From NCBI RefSeq assembly GCF_009834535.1, contig NC_045696.1:14138001-14202000 (forward strand): a stretch of DNA of 64,000 bases. Direction: 5' to 3'. The stretch comes from Camelus ferus (Eukaryota). Of the stretch, positions 1-12,429 are shown one piece after another; positions within the stretch are counted from its first letter, which is position 1, and each line of letters opens with the position of its first letter. The notes under the pieces are model-generated. The model was not told where the DNA came from. It ran no database searches and saw only the letters and a program-made list of their open reading frames with translations. Position numbers and translations under genes: made by a program.

Positions 1-1211
1 ACTTTTTTTTTCAGGTTTATATATTTTAGCTATCAGGGGTAAATTACAGTGCTTAAAAAATATTCCACATTGTAGAAATAGTACCAAACCCCAAAGAGTA
101 ATTTTTTAACTCATTCATTAGATGCAATTTAAGGGGCCATTTCAACCAGTTGATGTGGTGTGTGCTAAGACTAACAGATTCCATAGCAGTAGGTCATTAT
201 TTCATCTTCTCAGAGAATGCCTCAGACAAAGCAATGTCATACAGGATTCTATGATGATAAATAAGACCCTGCACATCTCAGATATTGGCTCTGGCCGTGT
301 CACTGTGGGGAGGAAAACCAAACCCATACCCCATATGTCTACATTCTCAGTAATATCAGATTCCTTCTCTGTGAAAGAAGTCTGCTGTAATCAACTTGCC
401 ATCAAGAGCTGTTTGATATCCTCTAAGTGTGGCACCCGATTATGGGCTCTGTGAAATTCTCTGATGTTTCCAGATTGGAAATTCAGCTCCAATATTAGCT
501 AGATCAGCTTTGTGAAAGTCCATTTCTGCCACTATGGCTACACTATGGCTACTACTACATAAGCCCTGGGGTTGCATGTGCCGGAACTGACATTCATTGG
601 CTGAGTCACTGTCTACCTGGTTGTTTACTACTTGCTCTGTTGCAGATACACTCTGGTGGGAATTAACATCAACACAAACATCTGTATGATTTTATCCACT
701 CTGATATGTCCAACTACACAATTCTTCCCAAGATCTCTTTAACTGTACTCCTTCCAGATCCTTGAACTTCAGTCAAATCATTAACAAGCCAAGACATTAA
801 TAAATGTCCAGATGTCCTTGTATGTTCTTACCTCAGATGACATCTCCCTCTGCATGAAATTGGTGATCAGGTCTGCTTAAAATCTTTGTCCACTGGGAAC
901 ATTTTCCCTTACTATTCTCTGCCAGAGCCATTCTTAGGGGGCTATAGTGCATCAGCAGTCCATTTTCAGCTGATGTCAACATCTTGAGATGACCCATTTA
1001 CGAAACAGGCATGAGTATATTCTTACTCTGCCATTTGGTCATATTAAAGCTTCAGTGGGGCCGCAGAAGTCAACTTACAGAAAGGCTTTAGTGCTACATA
1101 GATCAATAACAAGGGTAACTTACTCATAACCTTTGCACCTGCTTTAACTGATCTTGAATCTATATTCAACATTCAATTCAATATGTATTTTATTAGCAAT
1201 ATATATATATA

Positions 1212-1776
1212 TGCTACTGAACTCAGGTTCAGCTACTCACCATATGCAGGTCAATAAGTCAAGTGACAAGGTGTTGAGGCAAGGAAAGGGATTTCATTAG
1301 AAAACCTGGCTAAGAAAACGGACTATCTAAACATCTCCGAGCAGGCAAATGGCTTTTAAAGACAGTGTGAGGCAGGGTGTGGGAGCAGCTCATGCACAAT
1401 TCTCAGATTGTTTGGCATCAAGGTTAAGTTTTGAGCATCACCAGTCTCTGCATTCAACTGGTCTGGGGTCTATGTGCTTGTGGTCAGCAGTTTTGATCTG
1501 GTGGGGGTCTGCTTCTTATAAAAACAACAAATGGGAATGTATGTCAGACCTTTATTTTTCAGGGAACTGGGAGTTCAATGACTCTGCTGTGTGGCTGATT
1601 TATAGCCTAAATTGTTACCAGTATCCCTGCCCAAAAGCTATTCTTTGTTTCTACCTCTTCACATTTCCTAATAATTAACATTTGAGCTAGGCTTTGAGAC
1701 TCAGGGGAGGCCAGGGAAACTACAGCAAAAGATTTACTTCAAAAGACAGGAACACCAGGGCTTGTACACAGTTTCA
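1212..1776 (-). mobile_element. Solo LTR, ERV1-like
   Basis: ~565 bp block starting TG (tgctactgaa) and ending CA (gtttca), more GC-rich than the flanks. AATAAA is present on the minus strand near 1550. TSD not resolvable because of an adjacent (TA)n run. Confidence 0.6.
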
Positions 1777-2119
1777 TTAACACTTAACATTAAATGCCTG
1801 CTGATAAGTCCACCAAAATATATGGTTTGGTGGATCTGAGGTACCCAGTCATAATCGTCAGCTCATATTGTCATTTGACGTCATGCGCTGAGAGATGTTC
1901 AGTCCATTAATATACCAGGGACTCCTTTTTGACCTATGAATATATTCTGATACCATTCGGTCTTTCCTCAGAACTGAGACATCTGTGCTGCAATTCTCAT
2001 GTGAGGGTTTGCCAAAGACTCTGAATTTTGCAGAAGAAACACAAATGAATTAAATGAGTACCACAATTCATGTGTCTTTTAAGTCTTCATGGGTAGCAGC
2101 AATCTCTGACATTCCATGC

Positions 2120-2549
2120 TGTTATGGTTAATTTTATGTGTCAACTTCACTGGCCTAAAGGATGCCCAGATAGCTGGTAAAACTTTATTTCTGAGTGTGA
2201 CTGTGAGGGTGTTTCGAGATGAAATTAGCATTTGAATCTATAAACTAAGATCACCTTCACTGATGCAGCAGGGGCAACTTCTAAACCATTGAAGGCCTGG
2301 AGAGAACAAAAAGCGCAGAAGAGAGGTGAATTTTCTCTCAGCCGGAGCAGGACATCCACCTTCTCCCATCCTCATACATTGGTGTGGCTGCTTCTTGGGA
2401 CTTGGGATTCAGACTGGGGCTTAACACCATTGGCTCCCCTGGTTATCAGGCCTTTGGACTTGGGCTGAGTTATACCACTGACTTTCCTGGTTCTCCAGGT
2501 TACAGACAGCAGACTGTGAACCTTCTTGGAGAACCCTGACTAATGCACA
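2120..2549 (+). mobile_element. MLT2-type (ERVL) solo LTR
   Basis: Characteristic start tgttatggttaattttatgtgtcaactt...ggatgcccagatagctggtaaaac and end ggagaaccctgactaat. Confidence 0.85.
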
Positions 2550-3005
2550 TACAGTCTGACATTGATTCTAGTATACTATCTTGACTACTGACCATTTTCA
2601 GGGTCTTCCACTTGAATCTCCCCACTATATTGGTCAAGAAAACATACAAGGACTTTTTGGACTTCTCTGTATATCCATGTTATTTATGCTAAGAGAGCAG
2701 CAGGAATCACTATAGATTCATGGAAACATTAATCCTGCTATGAGACATATTTGGACCAGGACTCCAGTTGATTGGCATCTGGTCTCTGTGTGACTTCAAC
2801 TTAATAAGAAGTAATTTTTGTATTTGGGGTTTCTAGATAAACATGAGCTCCGACTTTGTGACTGACAGCACCTGAAAACTTTTGAGTATTCTCCTTTCCT
2901 AGAATTCAGTTGCTCTGATAAATTCTCAAGGTCTCTTTAAAAAAGAAATTGGATATAGACCCCTTAGAAAAAATTTAAGTGGATAGATACGGATATACAT
3001 ATAGA

Positions 3006-3057
3006 AAGATAGGTAGATGGATAGATAGATATAAAGACAGGTAGATAGGTAGGTAGG

Positions 3058-3115
<58 letters not shown>
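3006..3115. repeat. (TAGA)n/(TAGG)n microsatellite
   Basis: Seen directly. Confidence 0.95.
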
Positions 3116-3119
<4 letters not shown>

Positions 3120-5044
3120 TTATTTTCTGTGACATTGTAGCACTCTTACTCAGTGAATTCCAAATTCAGGAGAGAGGACTATGAGCAAGTAGGTGATGGG
3201 AATAATCTTCATATATTGAATATGTTGTCAAGTACATAACATTTCAGAAGGGGAATCATGGAATTTCTGATAATTATTTCTAAACCTCATCCCTACAGCC
3301 TATATCTGCACACAGGAAGAGGAACAGTGGTACATTTCCAGAACAACCATAGTGGAATTTTTTAAATTACAGTTTCATTATTCCTGACTACATAGCCTTC
3401 CCAGAAAATCTGGGAGGGCTAATTCCTTTATTTATTTAATACCTGATATGCATTCTGCTTTTGACTATGAGGAATCTTGACTGATTCAACATTGCTATAA
3501 AGTGCATATTTAAATATTTAAATAAAGTATATATTTAAAAAGGAATATAGGATTTATATTGACTTTAGGACCCAAAATGTAATCTCAGATAATTCTAATT
3601 CACAGTTTCCAAATGTCTTCAGAAAAGAAAGGAAGGTAATAATAATTTTAAAAAATATATAATTCTACAAGAAACTGATACAGAGTACTGTACATATGCA
3701 AATATGCCATCCCTTTGCAAGAATCTTGAGAGTATCACTTCATGGTATTTTGACAAGACTGGATGAAAGAAAAAGTAAATAGTTTAGGATTCTATTTATA
3801 AGAAAGAAAAACTCACCTAGGAAGCAGATAGAAGGAATCTGAAGTAGACCATCACTAACAGGCTAACACAGATCAGCCGGACAGCCACCATAAACACGAA
3901 CAATACAGTATTTTATTTAATGGTGGGAATGACTCTTCCACTTGCCCATACTATAAGGAGACCTGATAATTAATTAATATTGCTAAGCAAACAAAATAAA
4001 ATTATAAATCTAAATATATTTCTCTATAATCATCTGTGTATGGAATATCTGCATATGATGACATATAAATTCTGATGGAACAAATCTGTTGCCTAAGTAC
4101 TCAGTATGTAGATCATTTTACTTAAGGAAAAATATATAAAAAGGACTAGATATCAAAGTCAAAATAACCTAAGGATTCAACATGTACCCATCTATAGGAA
4201 TAGTGCTTTTACAAAAGAAGGAAGAAACTTTTAACATGTTTTTTTATGTTTAAAATTCCTAGTGTTTCAGAGCTGTGGAATGGATAAACCTACAGCAAGC
4301 ACACAAGCGAACAGCAAAATGTAAAAAGAATAAATATGTATTTGTGGTTAAAATGTATTCAATTTATTGAAGGCAAAGAAATTAACATGAGGTGAGATGG
4401 GGGAAAGGGATTGAGAAGTTGTCCTGGAATTTGGAGCAAAAGCATAAGAACGCAAAAATTATGGCACAGTAACAGATGTGCACAAAAGATTCTGGGTACC
4501 TAATTTAGGAGAGTTGGAATTTCATAGATGATGTGGCAGGTAAAGAACAAAGGAGGAAGGAAGAATGTCACAGAAGACTTGTCGTTCAGGGGGAAGGGTT
4601 AATAATAAACTTGACCATCTTCAGATTGTATATTCATTTAATATTAGCCAATAATAAATGATACTGGTAATTAAACTTATCCTGGGAAATTCCTTTGCAT
4701 TTAGTAGGGGAAAAATCCATCTAATTATCTAGGCAAGAAACCAACACAGAGACACCAAACAAGTGGTTATTAGACATCTCCTTGCCATATTAAACTATAT
4801 AATAAGAATAATTTTAATACAGCATAGGGTTATTCTCAGGCTTATGTGAGATAATGTATGTAAAGGACTCAGCAAGGGATTGGTAAGTAGCTAATAAATG
4901 CTATTTAAATATTATTAATATTTAGCTTATAAATTTTATACACTGCTTTTTCATATGAGTTACATAAGCATCATACAAATTTGACAGAAAAATATTATTT
5001 TATATTTAAAAAATCAGAAAATAAACCAGGCATGTAATAGCAAA

Positions 5045-5220
5045 AGCTATTATTAAATACCAAACAGTGTTCCAAGTGCTTTACATATTTTAACACACTT
5101 CGCTTTCAAAGCAACATTAGAAAGTTGGTTCAATCATTATACTTAATTTTTAAATAAGAATACCAATTCCCAAGAGGTTACATAGTTTGCCAAATGTCAC
5201 AAACCAATAAAAGGCAGGAC
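5045..5220 (-). mobile_element. MIR SINE fragment
   Basis: aagtgctttacatatt ... gaggttacatagtttgccaaatgtcaca resembles the MIR core in reverse. Confidence 0.6.
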
Positions 5221-6544
5221 TAAAAAAAGTTTCCTCTTTTATTGTGGTAATTCAGGAGGTATTCTGTGTATATTGTTGGACAGAGTAAATACAGTGATGT
5301 CGAGGTAGAGGTTTTGCATAAAAGGGAGACACAAATAAGGAATAAAGTGTAAAAGAGACCTGTGTATTTCAGTTTTAACTGGAGATATTAATAATTTGAA
5401 GACCATAAAGAAGTTTGGACAAACCCATGTGAATACAAATGGTTGTTTATTTGAGGATGATAATGGTGGCATTTAACATCAAATTCAATATGATAGAGCT
5501 GCTAAGAATATTAACCAGTTTTAGGTGATATTAAGATATGTGTTGGGGGCAGATTTGGGAAATCGTGATCAACAGTCTTGGCTTATGCCTCTATACCTAA
5601 GGTACTGCTGGGGTCCAGCAATCATGGCTTACTAAGCAAGCCAAAATAGCTGTAAAATACACTATTCCTTGACATGTGAAAGCATAAATCATCTAATTTC
5701 TACCTAATATTAGACAAACATTTTAAACTTCAAGAATAAATGTATAGGAAAGACAAGTCATCATACAGGCACACTTTTAGAAAAAAAAAATGTTCTCTTT
5801 GGAGATTTGATCCTTCTAGGGATCTTAACTCCTTCTTGTGAGGTAAGTAATTTCAAGCTGTGAACCTGTCAACATGAATGGGGGCATATCCATTACGTTA
5901 AACTAAATACAGCACTTAAGCTCACTCATGTCCAAGATCTGGAAATCTTCTTTCAAGAAAAGATAATTGACAGGTTACCAACATGTAAGTAACAAAAAAA
6001 ATATGGAAAGGTGAATAATTGTAGCTGAAACTGTGAAACCACACAAATAACAGGAAAGAATTAACTCAGGACAAACATGAATATAGAATGCTATGAAACA
6101 GCTCTAACCATAAACATGTAATGAGTTTCAAAAATAATGTCACCTTTAAAAAACAAAATTTTAAAACATAGCAAGGCATATTAAGGTTAGGAGGGGACCG
6201 GCCAGGGTAGATTTGACATTCTCAACTTCTTGAGCTGGACGAGCATGAGAAACATTTCTTGCTTAGGTATGCCAAACCCAAAAATTAGAAGCAGGAATTA
6301 TGCTTCAATACTCAAACCTTTTAAAAAATGCAGATTGTAAAACAGACATCTATAAAGATTGTTGCTATCTTAATGTCAGAACTCAGGATTTGACAGAGCA
6401 ACTGAAATAGAAAAATAAAAAGAAGATATCCCATAGATAAGACAATTGCTTCCTTGAATTAAAAACAGGAAAAAAAAGAAACCAAAAATATAAATACTGC
6501 ACATTAAATGAAAAAAATAGGCTTATTCTTCCAAATTGAAAAGG

Positions 6545-6550
6545 TTTATT
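6545..6550 (-). promoter_or_regulatory. Poly(A) signal of KRTAP6 copy A (a second AATAAA lies at 6747-6752)
   Basis: tttatt (AATAAA on minus) ~265 nt past the stop, similar to the spacing in the paralogs. Confidence 0.7.
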
Positions 6551-6813
6551 GAGAAGATAGAGAAATGAGTCGTGCATGAAAATCTAAAGGCAGAATCTGT
6601 GACAGTATTGTTTTAATAAGAGATCATGTGGGAGTTCTCATGAAAATTTCAATTCTCCCATGTTTTAGGAGTTAAATACAGAAAAGAAAGAGTTGGTGTA
6701 TCAGATGCAGAGGACATCAGAAGGCAAGTCCTCAAAAGGCTCCGAATTTATTGGTTCAGAACTGGGGAATACTGAGGTCCAGGTGTAGAGGATGAGAGTC
6801 TTCCTTGGCGTCC

Positions 6814-7017
6814 TCAATAGTAGTAGCCAAAGCCAGAGCCATAGGCAGAGCCACACCCATAGCCACAGCCACAGAGAGAGTGGGAGCCAAAGCCATAGCC
6901 ACAGCCCAGTCTGCGGAAGCCACAGCCATAGCAGGACCCATAGCCGCAGCCCAGGCCTCTGTAGCCACAGCAGCCATAGCCACGGCCCCCATAGTAGTTT
7001 CCGTAGTAGCCACACAT
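6814..7017 (-). CDS. KRTAP6: Keratin-associated protein 6 family, copy A, 67 aa (KRTAP6-2-like by position)
   Basis: [50 protein letters not shown]...GFGYYY. Kozak-like ACACCATG, TATA box upstream, AATAAA downstream, single exon. Confidence 0.95.
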   Translation of the reverse strand: MCGYYGNYYGGRGYGCCGYRGLGCGYGSCYGCGFRRLGCGYGFGSHSLCGCGYGCGSAYGSGFGYYY

Positions 7018-7106
7018 GGTGTTGGTGTTGGGTTGAGGTTGTCCTTGGGTAGAGAAGGAGAGTAGAAGTGTCACTTCAGGGTGGACATGTCTCCCTGCAG
7101 AGGGCC

Positions 7107-7113
7107 TTTTATA
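7107..7113 (-). promoter_or_regulatory. TATA box, KRTAP6 copy A
   Basis: TATAAAA on minus, ~90 nt upstream of the ATG. Confidence 0.85.
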
Positions 7114-8799
7114 TGTCCTCAGTGTGGGTGTGACCCACCACACCTTCATGACGTTGCCAAACTTTATGACTAATCTAATTAGTTTGTTGTTCCTAAACCA
7201 TAAGATAAAGCTTCAGAGAAATTCAGGGAGCTTGCTGTCTTGGTTTCTCAGTTTGGTCTCCTCTTATGCCACTGAGGTTTGAATAAAGGAGCTACCCACT
7301 CACATCTATGCATTCAGGCCCAAAATTACACGTTCATTTTAACTTCCTGGAACCATTCTTTATATCACAGAGATGACATTTTTTAACCATACTCTTATTT
7401 GCTCTTGGCCCAAGTTTCATTAAATTTTTCTTCATCAGACTAATAGTCCTTCTGAGTTGTGGAATTTTCTTTTTGATCCAAACTGAGTACCTCCTTCAAG
7501 GATTCAATTACGTTTTGATATTGACACCATAGTGTATGTCTCATCATCATGATGTTGATAATAATCCAACTAATTAAAATTTCCCCCAAAAAACCAGTGT
7601 GAGCAAGATGTATTGTACTTTTTTACTTATGCTGATGAGTCCAAACACTTATTGTTCAATTTCTGCTGGTGGACGGCAAAACAGAAGTGAGTCTTTGAAA
7701 TCCAGTTTCTCCACTTTCCACTTGTTTTTCTAAATTGAGTATACCTTCATGCAAATTAGTTAGTTTTCACATTAATATTAGAACTATATTCTAAATGGCC
7801 AATAGGGTAACATCACATATCTACATTTATCAACGTACTAAACAGAGGTCTGTGTTTTAATCAGTATGTTCAGTCATGACTCACATTGTACCAGTCACAC
7901 TGAGTGCTGTTCCATAGTCCTACAGTGAGTTCTCTTGCATAGTCCTAGCATTATTCCTGTCTTTTTTCAAATTTGTGTTATAACCCCTCCCATTGTGAGG
8001 CACTAGAAAAGTGAGACTAGTTCATATTAGTTAAAATGTACTTTGTGTCTTTAAGAGAATGCATGTGGTGAGGTGGCATTATCCACAAATACATGTGTAA
8101 TCTATCAGTAGGTTTCTGTTATACTATTGATATTTCTGAGTCAAAATGTTATCTTTACATCTTCTCGTAACCTTAGAAAGGGACAGAGAATAGCAGATGT
8201 AGGACACCCCCTATATTTTAGCCAATTCTCCTCTGGAGATCAAAAGAATGAAGCTACAAGACTTTTAAAATTTTCCAGTTCATCTCTCCTGAGAAGTATA
8301 TCTAATAACTCAAAACATCCTTCTTAGTAAAGCAGAATGTTTTCATACTGAGGATCTGACCAAACACATTCATCTGTTCATTCAGTATGTGTTTTTGAAT
8401 GCTTTTTCCATGTGTATATTCAGTAGGGGTTTTTTTGTTTGTTTGTTTGTACAATAGATACAGTCTTGTGACTTTTATTCACCATTTGCTGAATTCAAAT
8501 ATTAGAATTACAAAAAACCTTTAAATCATTTTCATTAAAATTTCATTATTAGAACTACAAATCATCACTCTATCATTTTCAAATTTCCCATACAGAAAAT
8601 AAAGGTAGCCTCAACTATCACAAAATCAAGTCAATCAAGTGATAACTTAGAATAAGTTTCCAGTAAAAAAAGAAAAATCACTCAATAACATGATGATCCA
8701 GCTTCCTCAAGATTATTTAAGTTCTTAAAATATCACCTGAAATTGGTGTGACTAATTTGCCTCACTCAGTATATAAAAGACTATAACTGACGGGTTTCT

Positions 8800-9740
8800 T
8801 TTCAGGGGTTAGTATTTGATTCAAGTAGCCATAAAACATTATTTTGTGCAAAACAAAGTCTGATATTTACCCAAATGATCTGCTGATGTCTTCTTAGATT
8901 GTTAGTTTTCATCAAAAATTTTACAAACTGAAACTGAGTTCGTGACTCTTCACATCCCCAAACATTTCCCCCATCTTTTTTCCTACATCGTAAAGCATGC
9001 AAGATATAAATCAGAGATGGACCCTCCTAGTGATTGTCCGTTACTTTCCACATTAAGGGTCCTAGACTACACAAGACACCAGTTAAATTTCAATTTCAAA
9101 ACTCTGAAACTCAGAATATCCAATTTTCCAAACATTTCATAGGCTACACCTGTACAAAAAATGTTTCTCTGAAAATCAAGTGTATCTGAGTGTTCAGTAT
9201 TTGTATTCGCTGTGTCTGGCAACGCACACCATAGGAAGCACAGCCTTTATGGTTTACCCCGTTATAGCCTTGATCACCTCTATGAGTACGTCTTGTAACA
9301 CTATTCGTCTCCTTATGGTACACAAAAGTCAATGGCCTCTCTGCTCTTCAGATGTGCCAAGTTTGTTTCCAACTTAAAGCTGCTACATTTGAGTTACTGA
9401 CCCTTGCAAGTAACAGCACAACGGCTAGAATTCTCTGTTTCCTTGGATCTCTCAGAGAATTTCCCTGACCATCCCTTCTGAAGTAAACTCTCACCAATAC
9501 TTCTTAAAATTGCCTTATTTTGCCTTAATTTAACATTTAAATAGACTCAACTCTATCAGAAATTAATTATATCATTCACTTTGAGAATTTGCTTTCAGAT
9601 CTTTGCCTGCATTTTCTGCACTTGCACATTTCAGATGATAAGCTTCATGACAATAGAAACCTTTTCTGTCCTGTTCACGGCTCCATCCTCCATGCAGATA
9701 ACATTGCCGAACATACAATTGATTCTGAAAGTTTGATGTA
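8800..9740 (+). mobile_element. Degraded L2-like fragment (paralog at ~18330-19630)
   Basis: L2 3'-end-like motifs ttccctgacc ... tgttcacggct ... gtttgatgtatgaa. Confidence 0.45.
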
Positions 9741-10388
9741 TGAAAGAATTTAATAACTGACCAAATAAATGCAATCAAGGATTATATAAAAATAATTCTA
9801 ACTTTCTTATTCTGAAGTGATGTTAGAATTGTCAAAAGTTCCAAGAATATATAGCATATACTCTTATACCATTTAATCAATTATTTCTATGTTAGCATCT
9901 TCCAAGACCAAGAATAAATTAAGAAATTAGCCTGGTACAATATTCTTAAGTAATCTATACACATTATTTGAATTCCGTATTTTTCCACGAATTTCCGTTT
10001 TTCTATTCCAGTGTCCAATGCAAGATCCCACATGGCTTTTGGTTGTCATACCTTTAGCCTCCATCAATTAGTGACAGTTTGTCAGTCTTTAACTTTTATG
10101 GCATTAACAATTTCAAAGAGTTGAAAGTTTTGTAGTATGTTCCTCTATTTTGTCATGTCTGTTTTCTCATAACAATGTTGAGGTTATGCATTTTGTGCAA
10201 AGTGCCAAAAGAGACGTATCTATTTACAGTGTTGTAACAGTGGGTAGACAATGTCAGTAAATCTTTGACAGTCTCTGAAATAGATTAAGTTCAACTTACT
10301 AATAGGATAAATCCTTCTACTTCTGTTATAATCATAGTTCATGGATTTAAACTACAGGGACTGTATCATGGTTTTTGTTCATTTACAA

Positions 10389-10392
<4 letters not shown>

Positions 10393-10451
<59 letters not shown>

Positions 10452-10464
10452 TATATATATACAC
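10393..10464. repeat. (TA)n/(CA)n microsatellite
   Basis: Seen directly. Absent from the paralogous position near 20290. Confidence 0.95.
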
Positions 10465-11042
10465 AGTATAAATGGAAGTGAATAATACTGCTCTACAAAA
10501 TTAATAAAATAAACTAATCACTCAAGTATTTACAACTGAACCCTGCCATGTCATCTCTGTCTTCCACATATCTTCTACCATGTCTTCTCCATAAATTTCC
10601 ACTGTCCTTTTCTACTTTGAAGCCACACTTTTATTCCCAAGGCTGCATATATGCAGATAGAAGGAGGAGATTATTGAATGAAACTAAGATTTTCAACAAG
10701 AAAACTCTACATGAGTTATATGGTCACATGGCAGCTAGAATATAGTTTAAATTTGGAATCTAGAATAAACAAGCCACCAAATTAGGAGAAGACTCTCTCA
10801 TTAAAGGCACATGATCTCATGATAGGCATCGTGACACACAACAGAGTTGTCTTGGCTTGGATATATTGGTTTTGAAGAATTCCTGAGATGGTCTTCATGC
10901 TAATGAGTTTAAAATATGAGTCCAACAGTAATTTAGGTTTGCCCCACATAACACTCTGTTGGTATATAGGGCCCTGTGCAGATTATAAATTTAAGACTCT
11001 AGAAACTGACTCTGCCCTTTGACTGAGACTTCTTCTCACATC

Positions 11043-11231
11043 ATGAGCTTCTACAACAACTACTGTGGTGGCCTGGGCTATGGCTATGGTGGCCTGGGAT
11101 GTGGCTATGGATGTGGCTACGGTGGCTATGGCTATGCCTGCTACCTACCGCCCATGCTGCTATGGAAGATACTGGTCTTCTGGCTTCTACTGAGAAATTC
11201 TAGATGCTTATCTGTTCAGGATGTTCTCTGA
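11043..11231 (+). pseudogene. KRTAP22-1: KRTAP22-1-like copy 1, frameshifted (62 aa aberrant ORF; ancestral stop at 11191-11193)
   Basis: [34 protein letters not shown], then a CTAC duplication (11141-11148) shifts the frame relative to the intact copy at 20863. Confidence 0.85.
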
Positions 11232-12429
11232 TGAGGCACCATGTGTACCTCGTTCACTAATTGTAATAAGGATGTCCTTGTCTGTTCAGTAATGACTACT
11301 GAAGCTTAGAGTACCATGCAACAGCAGACCTTTTTTGACAGAATTGCCTGAGTGTCCAACCACTTAGAAAAATATTCATTAGATCTATGTTACTAATTGA
11401 ATACAATCTTAACCATTTCCATTTGGGAAACTGTCTAAATTGATTTTTCACTAAAGATACTTCATTTTTCACATCTATAATATTTTCATGAATATTTATT
11501 TATGTAGATTTCTTGTGATTGTATGAGTGTGTGTGAGTTGTGTGTGAGATGGCTGGTCTTTCACTCTCTAAGCTGACAATTTATATGTGTGGATGAAAGG
11601 TTATATTCAACAGGTGATTTTCTGTTTGTGTTTTCTGTGAGGATATACAAGGTCTACTATTGTCTGCCTCAATCTCAAGAAGGCTTATCTTTGAAACCTC
11701 CAAACTTTGATTAAGGACATCAGCAAGATGTCACCTTTCTTCTCACCATGTAATGCTATTTTTTATTATCTCATCCTTTCCTGTTACTTGATATTTGAAT
11801 ATGCCTCTGGGAGGATATAATTTTTCCTTCTCAATTTTATATTACTGCCTGTTCCCTTCCTCACTGACAATATGCACTTGAATCCATCTCATGCATTGTA
11901 GCTGCACAGGGGGCTTTTTGTCATTCTCACATTGTCACAGGAAGCTACAGAATCAAGGCCATTTTCAATGAAATTTTCAAGGGTCAGTCTCTGCTTGTCT
12001 TTTGGAAAGAGATCTGTTATGCTTCATAACAAGGCAGTGGCTCTGGTAGACTAAAATCATGCAAACATAAATCTGACGTAGAATATAGGCTGCAAATTGT
12101 ATCTCTGATTCTGGTAGTCTGAGTAATGTTCAAAAAGCTGTTCATAGTAACTTTACTTATTTCACTCTATTTATTATCATTAAGTATTAGTAATAATCTC
12201 AACGATGATAAAATAGAAATCAATAGTATCTGTGAATTTTTAGTAATTAATGTTAGAATTTAGAGTACCTAAGACTGAAAGTAAGTCCATACACAATTAC
12301 TTTCTGAACAGGGGTCAGATTATGAGACAGGCCAAAATGCATGTTTTCTGGAAGGATCTATGGGGGATAATTATGTAGATGTCTTCCCTCATCAGTTGAA
12401 GACAGACTATACATGGGACTATGTATGAT

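Larger units (their letters stand above)
1..3130 (-). mobile_element. Ancient degraded ERVL/MaLR internal-like sequence, interrupted by younger LTRs
   Basis: Composition and fragments resemble ERVL/MaLR internal regions (recalled, not aligned). No intact ORF. Boundaries approximate. Confidence 0.4.

Noticed and set aside
530..560. cactatggctacactatggctactactac looks like KRTAP Gly-Tyr codons
   Set aside because: An 11-nt local duplication within retroviral-like sequence, with no KRTAP promoter, start or C-terminal motif.
2926..3135. 69-aa (IYLS)n ORF
   Set aside because: Translation of the (TCTA)n microsatellite.
6701..7065. Overlapping alternate-frame and antisense ORFs (Ala/Met/Val-, Trp/Leu-, Ser/His-rich) at all KRTAP loci, also 15967-16355, 27306-27891, 42703-42939 and 62015-62303
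   Set aside because: By-products of GGCTAT/GGCTGT repeats, which lack stops in most frames. No promoter or poly(A) support of their own.
7018..7149. In-frame N-terminal extensions in the ORF track (MKVWWV..., also 16308-16439, 30920, 42629, 49597)
   Set aside because: The starts lie upstream of or immediately after the TATA box, or are non-ATG. The family start with ACCATG context is downstream.
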